This document shows positions 1 through 10,689 of a stretch of 64,000 bases of DNA, in pieces. The notes under the pieces were generated by a model. It did no database searches, was not told where the DNA came from, and saw only the letters and a list, made by a program, of their open reading frames with translations. A program made the translations under genes and the position numbers. Positions within the stretch are counted from its first letter, which is position 1. Every line of letters begins with the position of its first letter. The stretch spans positions 9,026-73,025 of the forward strand of contig DAOTXE010000019.1 in NCBI GenBank assembly GCA_034435355.1, in the 5' to 3' direction. The stretch comes from Chloroflexota bacterium (GTDB lineage: Bacteria; Chloroflexota; Limnocylindria; Limnocylindrales; CSP1-4).

Positions 1-1
1 C

Positions 2-412
2 GGTGGGCCGTGCGACGACCGGATCATCCGCCTCGTCGTCGAGTCGGCCCGCGCGTCGAAATCCGAGATCGTGGCCATCCACGTCGTCGAGATCGACTGG
101 ACGCTGCCGCTCGACGCGGGTGTCGCCGAAGGATCCGACGCAGCCCAGCGAGTTCTCGACACCGCCGAGGCCGCGGCCGAGCGCCTGCACGGGAAGCTCG
201 AACCGGTCCTGGTCCAGGCCCGCGACGTGGGCGCCGCGATCGTCGACGAGGCGGTGGAGCGGGCCGCGGACCTCCTGGTCGTGGGCCTGCCGTACCGCAA
301 GAAGTTCGGCGGAGACTTTGCGATCGGGCGGACCGTGCCCTATGTTCTCAAGAACGCACCGTGCGCCGTCTGGGTGGTGCGCGAGCCGATGCCAGCGGAG
401 AACCACGCATGA
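2..412 (+). CDS. universal stress protein (UspA family), 5' end truncated by window edge
   Basis: The reading frame is open from the window start. Translation ...VVGLPYRKKFGGDFAIGRTVPYVLKNAPCAVWVVRE resembles the UspA C-terminal motif. Confidence 0.65.
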   Translation, partial: GGPCDDRIIRLVVESARASKSEIVAIHVVEIDWTLPLDAGVAEGSDAAQRVLDTAEAAAERLHGKLEPVLVQARDVGAAIVDEAVERAADLLVVGLPYRKKFGGDFAIGRTVPYVLKNAPCAVWVVREPMPAENHA

Positions 413-897
413 AAGTGGTCATCGTCGGGTGCGGGCGGGTCGGCGGCCTGCTCGCCGCGTCGCTCGATGCGTCGGGCCACGACGTCGTCATCATCGACCT
501 CCTGGTCCGGGCATTCGACCGGCTCCCGGCGACCTTCGGGGGCGAGGCGGTGCGCGGCGACGGGACCGACGAGGATGCACTCCGGCGGGCCGGCGTCGCG
601 GGGGCGGACGTCTTCCTGGCCCTGACCGAAGGAGACAACCGGAACGTCCTGGCCGCCCAGCTCGCCCGCGAGGCTTTCGGGATCGGGACGGTCTACGCGA
701 AGGTCAACGACCCGATCCGGGCGCAGGCCTACGCCGAGCTGGGGATCGGGACCATCTGCAGAACGACGATGATGTCGGACGCGATCCTCGGCGCGATGCA
801 CCTCCCGCCGGGGAGCGAGCCGTCCGTCCGGCGCGGGGCCGATCACGACCATCCGCCGATCGGGGCTTCCGTGACGGCTCGCCTGGCGGAGGGCTGA
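409..897 (+). CDS. TrkA-N domain protein (K+ transport NAD-binding regulatory subunit, short form)
   Basis: MKVVIVGCGRVGGLLAASL...DVVIID is a Rossmann GxGxxG motif and matches TrkA_N. The ATG overlaps the upstream stop. Confidence 0.75.
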   Translation: MKVVIVGCGRVGGLLAASLDASGHDVVIIDLLVRAFDRLPATFGGEAVRGDGTDEDALRRAGVAGADVFLALTEGDNRNVLAAQLAREAFGIGTVYAKVNDPIRAQAYAELGIGTICRTTMMSDAILGAMHLPPGSEPSVRRGADHDHPPIGASVTARLAEG

Positions 898-899
898 CG

Positions 900-1568
900 A
901 TGTTCGTGCTCGTGGTGGGCGGCGGGAAGGTGGGCTACTACCTGACCCGCGAGCTCGCCGAATCCGGCCACGAGGTCGTCCTGATGGAGAAGGACCGCCA
1001 TCGCGCCGATCAGATCGCCGACGAGATCGGCTCCATCGTCGTCGCCCGGGACGGCTGCGAAGGAAGCTCGCTCGCCGATGCCGGCGCGAACCGCGCAGAC
1101 GTCGTCGCGGCGGTCACCGGGGACGACGAGGACAACCTGGTGATCTGCCAGATGGCCAAGCACCACTTTGCGGTGCCGAAAACGATCGCCCGGGTCAACA
1201 ACCCGAAGAACGAGCCGCTCTTCAAGCATCTCGGCGTCGACGAGCTGATCTCGCCAACCCGCATGATCCTCGGCTCGATCGAGCAGGACATCCCGGTCCA
1301 CGAGGTGCTCCACCTCGCCCCCCTGTCGCGCGAGTACGAGATGATGGAAGCGCATCTCGGGGCCGAGTCGCCCGCCGTCGGGAGGACAATGTTGCAGCTG
1401 CAGCTGCCGGTCGGCTGCTCGATCGTCGCCGTCGTCCGCGACGAGGTGGCCCAGGGGGTGAGCCCGGACATGATCTTCCGGTCCGGGGACAACGTGATCG
1501 CCACCGGCCGCCGGGAGAGCGAGCCTGCGCTCCACGAGGCCCTGATCGGCCCGCTTCCCGAGGGATAG
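900..1568 (+). CDS. trkA: TrkA family potassium uptake protein (TrkA-N + TrkA-C domains)
   Basis: MFVLVVGGGKVGYYLTRELAESGHEVVLME is a GxGxxG Rossmann motif. The C-terminal RCK_C-like region reads VGRTMLQLQLPVGCSIVAVVRDE. Confidence 0.8.
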   Translation: MFVLVVGGGKVGYYLTRELAESGHEVVLMEKDRHRADQIADEIGSIVVARDGCEGSSLADAGANRADVVAAVTGDDEDNLVICQMAKHHFAVPKTIARVNNPKNEPLFKHLGVDELISPTRMILGSIEQDIPVHEVLHLAPLSREYEMMEAHLGAESPAVGRTMLQLQLPVGCSIVAVVRDEVAQGVSPDMIFRSGDNVIATGRRESEPALHEALIGPLPEG

Positions 1569-1704
1569 GCCGGCGGCCCGGCCGACGTTCGCCGCGGCCG
1601 GTCGGTACCCACCGGCGATCGGTCCTGCGGGACGAGCGGGGCCACCATCTGCGCCCGGCCCGGCCGCCCCGGCACCCGGACCGAACCCATTCATGCCTAG
1701 ACTC

Positions 1705-1734
1705 TTGACAGCATTATTGTCATGGTTCTATCCT
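1705..1734 (+). promoter_or_regulatory. sigma70-like promoter (TTGACA-18-TATCCT) overlapped by inverted repeat CTTGACA-N7-TGTCAtG (HAIR-like HspR operator candidate) upstream of hsp20
   Basis: TTGACA lies at 1705-1710 and TATCCT at 1729-1734. The palindrome TGACAgcattatTGTCA spans the -35 and spacer, about 130 nt upstream of the hsp20 ATG. Confidence 0.45.
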
Positions 1735-1867
1735 CTCGCTTGCCCAGAAGTCTCGCAGGACAGCGCTCCTGGGCCACGTCCATCGGGGTGCCCCGGCGGC
1801 GTGATTCGAACCGGCCCGCCACGTGGCGGGGTGTACATCCAAGACCTGGCACCCGGAGGTGCATGCC

Positions 1868-2365
1868 ATGACCCTGATCCATCGAACCAGTCCGTGGGAT
1901 GACCTGTTCACCATGCGCCGGACCGTGGAACGCCTCTTCGACGACGACGTGCGGCCGCGCTTCTGGCGCGCCACGCTCGCGGGCGCGGAGCCTGCCCTCG
2001 ACATCACCACCAACAAGGACGAGCTTCTTGTGAAGGCGAGCCTCGCCGGCTGGAAGCCCGACGACGTGGAGATCACCCTCACCGGCAACACGCTGACCAT
2101 CGCCGGCGAGATCAAGGAGCAGGAGCACCGTGAGGAGGACTCCTGGATCCTGAACGAGATCCGGCAGGGGAGCTTCAGCCGCACGCTCGAGCTGCCCGAG
2201 GGCCTCGTCGGCGAGCGGGCCACCGCCAGCTTCGAGCATGGGATCCTGACCCTTCGCATCCCGAAGGCCGACGAGATCAAGCCGAAGCAGATCAAGATCT
2301 CGGCCGGTTCGACCGCCGAGGCCCGGGGTGAGCGCGAGATCGCCGGGGCGGGCAGCGGCCGCTGA
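1868..2365 (+). CDS. hsp20: Hsp20/alpha-crystallin family small heat shock protein
   Basis: GGAGGT RBS lies 7 nt upstream of the ATG. Translation LDITTNKDELLVKASLAGWKPDDVEITLTGNTLTIAGE...GSFSRTLELPEG is an alpha-crystallin domain. Confidence 0.85.
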   Translation: MTLIHRTSPWDDLFTMRRTVERLFDDDVRPRFWRATLAGAEPALDITTNKDELLVKASLAGWKPDDVEITLTGNTLTIAGEIKEQEHREEDSWILNEIRQGSFSRTLELPEGLVGERATASFEHGILTLRIPKADEIKPKQIKISAGSTAEARGEREIAGAGSGR

Positions 2366-2726
2366 GCCGCCGACGCTCGTGCAGCGCAGCCGGTTCGACC
2401 GGGACCCCGCCCGTCCGGTCTACGTGATCTCGGTGGCCGCCCGGATCGTGGCGGTCCACCCGCGTACGCTCCGGATCTACGAGGACGAGGGCCTGATCGA
2501 ACCGGCTCGCACGCCCACGAACATCCGCCTCTACTCCGACCACGACCTGCGCCGGATCCTGTGGATCAGGCATCTCACGCAGGACCGGGGGGTGAACCTG
2601 GCCGGCGTCCGGATCCTCTTCGAGCTCGAGGAACGGCTCGGGGTCCGCATCCTTGAGGCCCTCTCGGACGAATGGAGTGAGGGCAACCTCGAAGCCGCGG
2701 AGCCGGCCGGACAGCACGGGCCGTGA
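2328..2726 (+). CDS. hspR: HspR heat-shock transcriptional repressor (MerR family)
   Basis: VYVISVAARIVAVHPRTLRIYEDEGLIEPARTPTNIRLYSDHDLRRILWIRHLTQDRGVNLAGVRILFELEERL closely resembles Streptomyces and Mycobacterium HspR. The start is uncertain; GTG at 2379 is an alternative. It overlaps the hsp20 3' end. Confidence 0.8.
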   Translation: MSARSPGRAAAAEPPTLVQRSRFDRDPARPVYVISVAARIVAVHPRTLRIYEDEGLIEPARTPTNIRLYSDHDLRRILWIRHLTQDRGVNLAGVRILFELEERLGVRILEALSDEWSEGNLEAAEPAGQHGP

Positions 2727-2894
2727 TCCGCCAGACAGTGACCTCCCTGCAGCCCGTACCGCGCCCTCGATCCGCGCCATGATCGGGACCCCATCCCGCG
2801 AAGCCGAAGCCGGTCCACGGACCGGGTCCCCGGCCACCGGGCCGGAACCACAGCCGGGGACATGCAAGCGTCCCAGACGCGCCAGGAGGGCGTG

Positions 2895-5372
2895 ATGCCG
2901 AGACTGAAGAAGGGCGTGGATCGCCCGTCCGAGACGCGCACCCGCGAGCTGCCGATCGTGGCGCTCCGTGAGACGGTCATCTTTCCGGAGATGATCGTGC
3001 CGCTCACCGTGGGCCGCGAGAAGAGCGTCAACGCGCTCAACGCCGCGGTCGCCGAAGGCAGCCTGATCGGGCTCGTGACCCAGCGCCGGGCCGAGATGGA
3101 GGAGATCAACGATCCCTCCGAGCTCTACGGCATCGGGACGCTCGCCAAGATCGCCCAGGTCGTGCAGCTCCAGGACGGCACCGTGCGTGCCATCGTCCAG
3201 GGCCAGAGCCGCCTGCGCGTCCACGGTTTCGTGTCGACGAGCCCGCACCTCGTCGCGACGGTCGAGGAGATGCCGGACGCCTCTCCGAAGGGCCTCGAGG
3301 TCGAGGCGATGATGAAGACCGTCCAGGCACAGATGGACCAGTACGTCCAGTCGGGTGCGCCGGTTCCGCCGGAGGCTGCCGTCGCAGCCCGCAACATCAG
3401 TGAGCCGGGCCTGCTCGCCGACATGGTCGCCTACAGCCCCGACATGTCCACCGAGCAGCGCCAGGAGCTCCTCGAGACCATCGATGTCGTCGAGCGCCTC
3501 AAGCTCGTCTCGACATTCCTCAACCGCCAGGTCGAGATTCTCGAGCTCAAGGGGAAGATCCAGAACGAGGTCAAGTCGGAGCTCGACAAAACCCAGCGCG
3601 AGTACATCCTCCGGGAGCAGCTCAAGGCGATCCAGCGCGAGCTCGGCGAGGACGACCCGCAGCAGGCGGAGATCCACGAGCTTCGCGAGAAGGTCGAGCA
3701 GTCCGGGATGCCCGAGGAGGTCCGGACGCGCGCCCTCAAGGAAGTCGATCGGATGAGCCGCATCCCGTCGGCCTCCCCCGAGGTCGGCGTGATCCGAACC
3801 TACGTCGACTGGCTGGTCGGGCTGCCCTGGAACACCGCGACGGATGACAACCTCGACATCCGCGAGGCCGCACGCATCCTCGACGAGGATCACTACGGTC
3901 TCGAGAAGATCAAGGAGCGGATCCTCGAGTACCTCGCGGTTCGCACGCTCGCGTCGACCATCCGGAGCCCGATCCTCTGCTTCGTGGGCCCGCCGGGCGT
4001 CGGCAAGACCTCGCTGGGCAAGTCGATCGCGCGCGCGATGGGCCGCAAGTTCGTGCGGATGAGCCTCGGCGGCGTCCACGACGAGGCGGAGATCCGCGGG
4101 CACCGCCGCACCTACATCGGGGCCCTGCCGGGCCGGGTCATCCAGAGCATCAAGACGGCGGGCTCGAACAACCCGGTCTTCATGCTCGACGAGGTGGACA
4201 AGCTGGGCATGGACTTCCGGGGCGACCCGTCTTCGGCGCTCCTCGAGGTGCTCGACCCGGAGCAGAACAACACCTTCCAGGACAACTACCTCGAGGTCCC
4301 CTTCGACCTCAGCAAGGTCCTCTTCATCACCACGGCCAACCTGCTCGACCCGATCCCGGCGCCGCTGCGCGACCGGATGGAGGTCGTCCAGCTCCCCGGC
4401 TACACCCAGCGCGAGAAGGTGGAGATCGGAAAGCGGTTCCTCGTCCCCAAGCAGCTCCACAACCACGGCCTCACGGACAGGCGGATCGAGATCACGGACG
4501 AGGCGTTCGTCGAGCTCGTCCAGGCGTATACCCACGAGGCCGGCGTCCGGAACCTGGAGCGCGAGCTGGCGAACATCATGCGCAAGGTCGCCCGGCAGGT
4601 CGCCGAGGGGCACAAGCGCAAGACGCGGGTCGACGTGAGGAAGCTCAACGTCTTCCTCGGCCCGCCGCGCTTCGAGTACGGCGAACTCGAGTCGGAGGAC
4701 CAGACCGGCGCGGCGACGGGCCTGGTGGTCACCGAGGTCGGGGGCGACATCGTCGCGGTCGAGGTGACGAAGATGGAGGGCCGCGAGGACTTCATCCTGA
4801 CAGGCCAGCTCGGCGACGTCATGAAGGAGTCCGCCCGGGCCGCTCTCTCCTGGATCCGCGCGAACGCTTTGAAGCTCGGGATCGAGCGCGAGGTCTTCGA
4901 GAAGAACACCCTCCACATCCACGTCCCGGCCGGAGCGACCCCGAAGGACGGTCCGTCGGCCGGGATCACGATGGCCACCGCCATGGTGAGCGCGCTCACC
5001 GGCATCGCGGTGCGCAAGGACGTGGCAATGACCGGCGAGATCACCCTGCGCGGCAGGGTCCTCCCGATCGGCGGCCTCAAGAGCAAGATCCTTGCGGCGC
5101 ACCTCTCGGGTGCGCGCGTCGTGATCCTTCCCCGCAAGAACGAGAAGGACCTCCGGGACATCCCCGAGGAGATCCGCAAGCAGATCAAGGTGGTTCTCGT
5201 CGACACGATGGACCAGGTCCTGGACGCGGCCCTGCGGCAGCGCCCGCAGGCGCTGGCGCCCCGGGCCCGGGGATCCGGCGGGACGGAGAAGCAGGACGAG
5301 CCGCTCGCGGTCCCGGCCCCCCGACCCGCGTTCCCGGCCGACCAGCCCGCGGCGATCGTGGCGGGCCGCTGA
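2895..5372 (+). CDS. lon: ATP-dependent protease Lon (La)
   Basis: AGGAGG RBS lies 6 nt before ATG 2895. The Lon N domain, Walker [16 protein letters not shown], and the protease domain [21 protein letters not shown] with catalytic Ser are all present. Confidence 0.95.
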   Translation: MPRLKKGVDRPSETRTRELPIVALRETVIFPEMIVPLTVGREKSVNALNAAVAEGSLIGLVTQRRAEMEEINDPSELYGIGTLAKIAQVVQLQDGTVRAIVQGQSRLRVHGFVSTSPHLVATVEEMPDASPKGLEVEAMMKTVQAQMDQYVQSGAPVPPEAAVAARNISEPGLLADMVAYSPDMSTEQRQELLETIDVVERLKLVSTFLNRQVEILELKGKIQNEVKSELDKTQREYILREQLKAIQRELGEDDPQQAEIHELREKVEQSGMPEEVRTRALKEVDRMSRIPSASPEVGVIRTYVDWLVGLPWNTATDDNLDIREAARILDEDHYGLEKIKERILEYLAVRTLASTIRSPILCFVGPPGVGKTSLGKSIARAMGRKFVRMSLGGVHDEAEIRGHRRTYIGALPGRVIQSIKTAGSNNPVFMLDEVDKLGMDFRGDPSSALLEVLDPEQNNTFQDNYLEVPFDLSKVLFITTANLLDPIPAPLRDRMEVVQLPGYTQREKVEIGKRFLVPKQLHNHGLTDRRIEITDEAFVELVQAYTHEAGVRNLERELANIMRKVARQVAEGHKRKTRVDVRKLNVFLGPPRFEYGELESEDQTGAATGLVVTEVGGDIVAVEVTKMEGREDFILTGQLGDVMKESARAALSWIRANALKLGIEREVFEKNTLHIHVPAGATPKDGPSAGITMATAMVSALTGIAVRKDVAMTGEITLRGRVLPIGGLKSKILAAHLSGARVVILPRKNEKDLRDIPEEIRKQIKVVLVDTMDQVLDAALRQRPQALAPRARGSGGTEKQDEPLAVPAPRPAFPADQPAAIVAGR

Positions 5373-5422
5373 CCACGACCGCGCTCTCGACCCGTCTCCG
5401 GCGCCCCTGAGGGAGGCCGACG

Positions 5423-6463
5423 ATGGACTACAAGGATTACTACGCCGTGCTGGGCGTCCCCAAGACCGCCACGCCCGCCGAGATCAAGAAGGCGTACCGG
5501 AAGCTCGCCCGCGAGTTCCACCCGGACCGCAACGCGGGAGACAAGGCCGCCGAACGTCGCTTCAAGGACGTCAACGAGGCCAACGAGGTTCTCTCGGATC
5601 CCGAGAAGCGTGGGCAGTACGACGAGCTCGGCGCCCACTGGCAGGACTACGCCCGGGCGGGCGCCCGTCCGGGTGGAGATCCGTTCGGGCCGGGAGGCCC
5701 GTTCGCCGGCTTTTCGGCGGCGGGCCGGGGTGGCCGCGGGTCGGCGGGGAGCAGGCGGTTCGCGAGCCAGGACGGGGGAATCCGGTTCGAGTTCGCCGGC
5801 GGCGGCGACGACTTCTCCGACTTCTTCCGGACCTTCTTCGCCGGGACGACCCCGGGCGGTGCGGACGTGTTCGCCGGGGCCGGCGGACGCGACGGGGGAC
5901 CGGCACATGCGCAGGGGACGCACGCGCGGGGCCGCGTCGATGCGCTCCCGCCCGTCGAGGCGCACGTCGACCTGAGCCTCGAGGACGCCTTCCACGGCGC
6001 CGCCCGGCTCGTGGAGGTGGACGGGAAGCGCCTGGAGGTGAAGATCCCGGCCGGCGTGGAGACCGGCAGCCGGATCCGCCTGCGCGGCCGCGGCGGCGGC
6101 TCGGGCCCCGCGGCACGCGATCTCGTGCTCATCGCCAAGGTCGTCCCGCATCCCGTCTTCCGGCGTGACGGCGCGACGCTCTCCCGGGAGTTGCCGGTGA
6201 CGCTCGGCGAGGCGCTCCTGGGCGCGGAAGTCCCGGTCCGAACGCTCACCGGTCGCGTCCTGCTCCGCGTCCCGGCCGGCACGCAGAACGGGCGCGCCAT
6301 CCGGCTGGCCGGCCAGGGGATGCCGCGCCTCAAGGGCGAGGGCCGGGGCGACCTCCACGTGAAGATCCGGGTGATCCTGCCCGCGCTCGACGAGCCGGGC
6401 GTCGCCGCGGCCCGGACATTCCTCGACACCATCGACCAGCCCGACCCGAGATCTGCCGAATGA
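5423..6463 (+). CDS. cbpA: DnaJ-class co-chaperone lacking zinc finger (CbpA-type Hsp40)
   Basis: The J domain is [32 protein letters not shown] with HPD, followed by a G/F-rich linker and a DnaJ C-terminal domain. No CxxCxGxG repeats are present. GGGAGG RBS. Confidence 0.85.
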   Translation: MDYKDYYAVLGVPKTATPAEIKKAYRKLAREFHPDRNAGDKAAERRFKDVNEANEVLSDPEKRGQYDELGAHWQDYARAGARPGGDPFGPGGPFAGFSAAGRGGRGSAGSRRFASQDGGIRFEFAGGGDDFSDFFRTFFAGTTPGGADVFAGAGGRDGGPAHAQGTHARGRVDALPPVEAHVDLSLEDAFHGAARLVEVDGKRLEVKIPAGVETGSRIRLRGRGGGSGPAARDLVLIAKVVPHPVFRRDGATLSRELPVTLGEALLGAEVPVRTLTGRVLLRVPAGTQNGRAIRLAGQGMPRLKGEGRGDLHVKIRVILPALDEPGVAAARTFLDTIDQPDPRSAE

Positions 6464-6527
6464 AGCCGGCGACCGCCGGGCAGCCAGCCGACCCGACATT
6501 CCCCGCTGGGAAGGATCCGCACGCACC

Positions 6528-9272
6528 ATGAACCTCGAACGATTCACCCAGAAGGCCCAGGAGGCGATCGCCGGCGCACAGGCGCTGGCCGAGCGGCTCC
6601 AGAGCCCCATCCTCGACGCGGAGCACATCCTGGCCGCGCTCGTCGAGGACGACGAGGGCATCCCGGCCCAGACCCTGCGCAGGGTCGGCGTGGACCTGGG
6701 CGCCTTCCGCGGCGAGCTGGCCGCCCTGCTCGCCCGCCGCGCCAAGATCGCCGGCGGCCAGCTGACTCTCGATCCGCGCTCCCGGCGCGTGCTGGAGCGA
6801 GCGGGCGAGGAGGCGCGCCGGCTCGGCGACGAGTTCGTCTCCACGGAGCACCTCCTCCTGGGGGTGGTCGACGCGGGCGGTGACGGCCAGGCGCTCCTCG
6901 AGCGGCATGCAGCCGGCCGCGAGGCCGTGCTCGGCGCGCTCGCGGGCGTGCGCGGCGGCCAGCGGGTCACCTCCCCGAACCCGGAGAGCACGTACCAGGC
7001 GCTCGAGAAGTACGGCCGCGACCTGACCCAGGAGGCACGGGCAGGCTCGCTCGACCCGGTCATCGGCCGGGACGTGGAGATCCGGCGAGTCGTCCAGGTC
7101 CTCAGCCGCCGGACGAAGAACAACCCGGTCCTGATCGGGGAACCGGGTGTCGGCAAGACCGCGATCGTCGAGGGCCTGGCCCAGCGGATCGTGCGGGGCG
7201 ACGTGCCGGAGACCCTCAAGGACAAGCGGGTCGTCGCGCTGGACCTCGGGTCGATCGTCGCCGGGGCGAAGTACCGGGGAGAGTTCGAGGAGCGCCTGAA
7301 GGCCGTCCTCAAGGATGTCAAGGACAGCGAGGGGCGGGTCGTCCTCTTCATCGACGAGCTCCACACGGTGGTGGGCGCCGGGGCGGCAGAGGGCGCGATG
7401 GACGCCAGCAACCTCCTCAAGCCGATGCTCGCGCGCGGGGAGCTCCACACGATCGGGGCGACCACCCTCGACGAGTACCGCAAGCACATCGAGAAGGACG
7501 CGGCGCTGGAACGCCGCTTCCAGCCGGTGGTCGTGGACCAGCCCACCGTGGAGGAGACGATCAGCATTCTGCGCGGGCTCCGGGAGCGCTACGAGGTGCA
7601 CCACGGGGTCCGGATCACGGACTCCGCGCTCGTCGCCGCGGCAAGCCTCTCCAACCGCTACATCACCGAGCGATTCCTCCCCGACAAGGCAATCGACCTC
7701 GTCGACGAGGCGGCCAGCCGGCTCAGGATGGAGATCGACTCCATGCCGGTCGAGCTCGACGAGCTGGAACGCCGGCGGATCCAGCTGGAGATCGAGCGCG
7801 AGGCGCTGCGCAAGGAGAAGGACGAGGCATCCAAAGCACGCCTCGCGGTCCTGGAGGCCGAGCTCGGCGAGATCGCCGAGCAGGCCGGCGCGATGAAGCA
7901 GCGCTGGGAGACCGAGAAGCAGGCGATCTCGGGCCTCCGGAAGACGAAGTCCGAGCTGGAGGCGCTGGCGGTCCGGATCGAACAGGCCGAGCGAGAGGCC
8001 GACTACGGCACCGCAGCGGAGCTCAAGTACGGGACCCGCGTCCAGCTCCAGGAGCGCCTCAGGGCGCAGGAGACAGCGCTCGCGGCCTCGGACGGCGCGC
8101 CGCGCCTCCTCAAGGAGGAGGTCGACGCGGACGACATCGCCGAGATCGTCGCGGCCTGGACGGGGATCCCGGTCACCAGGCTCCTCGAGGGCGAGATGGC
8201 CAGGCTCGTCCACATGGAGGAGCGGCTCCACGAGCGCGTCGTCGGCCAGGACGTGGCGGTCGAGGCGGTCTCCGACGCGGTGCGTCGTGCGCGGGCCGGC
8301 CTCAAGGACCCGCGCCGCCCGATCGGCTCGTTCCTCTTCCTCGGCCCGACCGGCGTCGGGAAGACCGAGCTCGCGCGCGCGCTGGCGGAGTTCCTGTTCG
8401 ACGACGAGCAGGCGATGGTCCGGATCGACATGTCCGAGTACCTCGAGAAGTTCTCGGTCCAGCGCCTGATCGGGGCACCTCCCGGCTACGTCGGGTACGA
8501 GGAGGGAGGCCAGCTGACCGAGGCGGTTCGCCGCCGCCCGTACGGCGTGATCCTGCTCGACGAGATCGAGAAGGCGCATCCGGACGTCTTCAATGTCCTG
8601 CTCCAGGTCCTCGACGACGGCCGCCTCACCGATGGCCAGGGACGCACCGTGGACTTCAAGAACTCCGTGGTGATCATGACCAGCAACGTCGGGAGCAACC
8701 TCATCACGGGCTTCACCGGGCGGCCGAGCCCCGAAGATTCGGCCTACGAGGCCATGAAGCGGCAGGTCCTGGGAGCGCTGCGCAGCCAGTTCCGGCCCGA
8801 GTTCCTCAACCGGGTGGATGAGATCATCGTGTTCCATTCGCTCTCGGACACCGACCTCGAGAAGATCGTCGAGCTCCTGCTTCTCGAGCTCCAGGGACGC
8901 CTGGCCTCGCACGACCTCGCGATCACGCTGTCGCCGGCGGCCAGGGCCGTGATCGCCCGGGACGGGCTGGATCCCTCGTACGGCGCCCGCCCGCTCAAGC
9001 GGACGATCCAGCGGCTGGTGGAGAACCCGCTGGCCCGGGCCCTGCTGCGCGGCGAGTTCACGCCAGGTGACGCGATCGCCGTCGACGCGGATCCCGTCTC
9101 GAAAACGCTCGTGTTCACGAGCAGTGACGCGACGGTCGTCGCGGACGCGTCCGATCGACGCGACGCGCGGGCCGGCGCCGACCAGCGCCCCGACCGTGCG
9201 CCGGCGCCGTTGGTGCTCGACCTGCCGTCGACACGGAGGAAGAACGACGACGAAGGCCCGCGGCTGAACTAG
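6528..9272 (+). CDS. clpB: ClpB disaggregase (Hsp100)
   Basis: Clp_N repeats, AAA1 [15 protein letters not shown], a middle coiled-coil, AAA2 [15 protein letters not shown] and a C-terminal D2-small domain. Confidence 0.95.
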   Translation: MNLERFTQKAQEAIAGAQALAERLQSPILDAEHILAALVEDDEGIPAQTLRRVGVDLGAFRGELAALLARRAKIAGGQLTLDPRSRRVLERAGEEARRLGDEFVSTEHLLLGVVDAGGDGQALLERHAAGREAVLGALAGVRGGQRVTSPNPESTYQALEKYGRDLTQEARAGSLDPVIGRDVEIRRVVQVLSRRTKNNPVLIGEPGVGKTAIVEGLAQRIVRGDVPETLKDKRVVALDLGSIVAGAKYRGEFEERLKAVLKDVKDSEGRVVLFIDELHTVVGAGAAEGAMDASNLLKPMLARGELHTIGATTLDEYRKHIEKDAALERRFQPVVVDQPTVEETISILRGLRERYEVHHGVRITDSALVAAASLSNRYITERFLPDKAIDLVDEAASRLRMEIDSMPVELDELERRRIQLEIEREALRKEKDEASKARLAVLEAELGEIAEQAGAMKQRWETEKQAISGLRKTKSELEALAVRIEQAEREADYGTAAELKYGTRVQLQERLRAQETALAASDGAPRLLKEEVDADDIAEIVAAWTGIPVTRLLEGEMARLVHMEERLHERVVGQDVAVEAVSDAVRRARAGLKDPRRPIGSFLFLGPTGVGKTELARALAEFLFDDEQAMVRIDMSEYLEKFSVQRLIGAPPGYVGYEEGGQLTEAVRRRPYGVILLDEIEKAHPDVFNVLLQVLDDGRLTDGQGRTVDFKNSVVIMTSNVGSNLITGFTGRPSPEDSAYEAMKRQVLGALRSQFRPEFLNRVDEIIVFHSLSDTDLEKIVELLLLELQGRLASHDLAITLSPAARAVIARDGLDPSYGARPLKRTIQRLVENPLARALLRGEFTPGDAIAVDADPVSKTLVFTSSDATVVADASDRRDARAGADQRPDRAPAPLVLDLPSTRRKNDDEGPRLN

Positions 9273-9434
9273 GGTCAGCCGGCGGGATGCCGGCGGCCGG
9301 GGCGGGGCGTTGACCGGCGGCGGGGAGCCGAACGGCGACGCGGACCCGGCCGACGACGCGGACCCGGCCGGCGACGCCAAGCGGAACCTGGCTGGCAGGG
9401 CGCGCCGGATCACCCCGGCGCAGGCGGCTCTACG

Positions 9435-10079
9435 ATGTCGAGCGTGACTCCCGAGGACGTGCGCGCGCGCCTGCGCGCAGCCCGGCACCCGCTTCCGCCA
9501 GCGCCGGCCTGGCTGCGCCCGGAGCGGCTGCCCGACGGCGTCCCGTTCGAGCGACCGGCGCCACCTCCCACCGCTCGCCGAGCAGCCGCGCTGATCCTCG
9601 TCTATCCCGGGCCCGATGGGGAAGCGATGCTCGTGCTCACCCAGCGTGTCGACTACGGCGGCGATCATTCCGGGGAAGTGTCCCTTCCCGGCGGCAAGGT
9701 CGACCCGGGGGACGCGGACGCACCGTCGACCGCGCTGCGGGAAGCTCGCGAGGAGGTCGGGCTCGACGCCGCGGCCGCGGGCGTCGAGGTGGTCGGGGCG
9801 CTGGATGCGCTCTGGATCCCGCCGAGCAACTTCCGGGTGCAGCCGATCGTGGCGATCGCAGCGCGTCGCCCTGTGTTCGTGGCGGATCGCCGGGAAGTTG
9901 CGGCGATCCTCGAGGTCCCGGTGGCCGCGTTCCTGCCCGACGTCGCACCCGTGATCATCGATCCCGACCCATTCGGCCGGCCGCTTCGCTACGGTGCGTA
10001 CATGGTGGACGGCCGGATCGTGTGGGGCGCGACCGCAGCAATCCTGGGACAGTTCGGGGCAGTGCTCGCGAAGCAGTAG
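9435..10079 (+). CDS. Nudix hydrolase (CoA pyrophosphatase-like)
   Basis: Nudix box GGKVDPGDADAPSTALREAREEVGL. The size and the upstream LILVYPG motif fit the NudL/CoAse subfamily. Confidence 0.75.
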   Translation: MSSVTPEDVRARLRAARHPLPPAPAWLRPERLPDGVPFERPAPPPTARRAAALILVYPGPDGEAMLVLTQRVDYGGDHSGEVSLPGGKVDPGDADAPSTALREAREEVGLDAAAAGVEVVGALDALWIPPSNFRVQPIVAIAARRPVFVADRREVAAILEVPVAAFLPDVAPVIIDPDPFGRPLRYGAYMVDGRIVWGATAAILGQFGAVLAKQ

Positions 10080-10132
10080 GGGCCGGGCTGCCTCTCCCGC
10101 GCCACGTGCGGGGCCGCGCCACGTGGGTCCCC

Positions 10133-10210
10133 GAGCGGTTCGCCCTCCGCGGCCTTCCCCGCGTTCGCCTCAGAGCGGCTCGCCCTCCGCGGCCGTCCCC
10201 GCGTTCGCCC
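10133..10210. repeat. two 37-bp imperfect direct repeats (period 41) spanning the stop codon of the cupin gene
   Basis: gagcggttcgccctccgcggccttccccgcgttcgcc at 10133-10169 and gagcggctcgccctccgcggccgtccccgcgttcgcc at 10174-10210. Confidence 0.6.
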
Positions 10211-10670
10211 CCGGGCGCGCGGCCGGCGATCCGTCCCCCGCGCCCGTGCGGGTCGCCGCGCCCGACGAGCGATCCGTTGCGGCGGGTTCCCCGGCGGAGA
10301 GCTCCAGCGCCCGGCCCTCGAGGATCCCGCGGGCAGCCGTGTCGTCCGCGCCCGCGAACTCGACCATGAACGCACGCATCTCGGAGAGCTCCGTCCCGGC
10401 CGCGTGATCGATGTCGGCCGGCCAGAGGACCGCTTCGCCGGCCGCGATCCGGGCCCGCTCGTCACCGACCTGGACCCAGCCGCCGCCTTCGATCACGACG
10501 AACCAGGTCGTGTTCGGGTTCGAATGCGGCTCGATGCGCGCATTCCGCGCGAACGCCAGCTCTGCGACCGACCCGCGCGCGTCCGCATGGATCGGCTGCC
10601 CGCGCACCCCGACCGTCCCCGGCGGCCCGTCCGGGCGCCGGTTCCCGACACCGAAGCGGCGGACTTCCAC
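10170..10670 (-). CDS. cupin domain protein
   Basis: Cupin motifs IEPHSNPNTTWFVVIEGGGWVQVGDE...GEAVLWPADIDHAAG. The start is placed at GTG 10670, because the longer ORF would overlap the upstream membrane-protein gene. Confidence 0.5.
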   Translation of the reverse strand: MEVRRFGVGNRRPDGPPGTVGVRGQPIHADARGSVAELAFARNARIEPHSNPNTTWFVVIEGGGWVQVGDERARIAAGEAVLWPADIDHAAGTELSEMRAFMVEFAGADDTAARGILEGRALELSAGEPAATDRSSGAATRTGAGDGSPAARPGANAGTAAEGEPL

Positions 10671-10689
10671 GGCTCGGCGGCTCGGCGGC

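Noticed and set aside
1795-1885. GGTTCGAATC / GGTTCGAT T-loop-like motifs on the minus strand upstream of hsp20 (possible tRNA)
   Set aside because: The flanking bases cannot form a T-stem or acceptor stem (5'-GCCGG...CACGC-3' is not complementary). No cloverleaf is evident. The motifs overlap the hsp20 promoter and 5'-UTR.
1693-1902. 69-aa plus ORF overlapping the hsp20 promoter and start
   Set aside because: It is out of frame with hsp20, Pro/Gly-rich, and spans a region better explained as promoter plus 5'-UTR.
2292-9668. Very long minus-strand ORFs (2292..5102, 4400..7567, 6330..9668) opposite lon, cbpA and clpB
   Set aside because: The translations are Arg/Pro/Gly-rich with no domain signatures. 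They are antisense to strongly supported genes and are typical high-GC artefacts.
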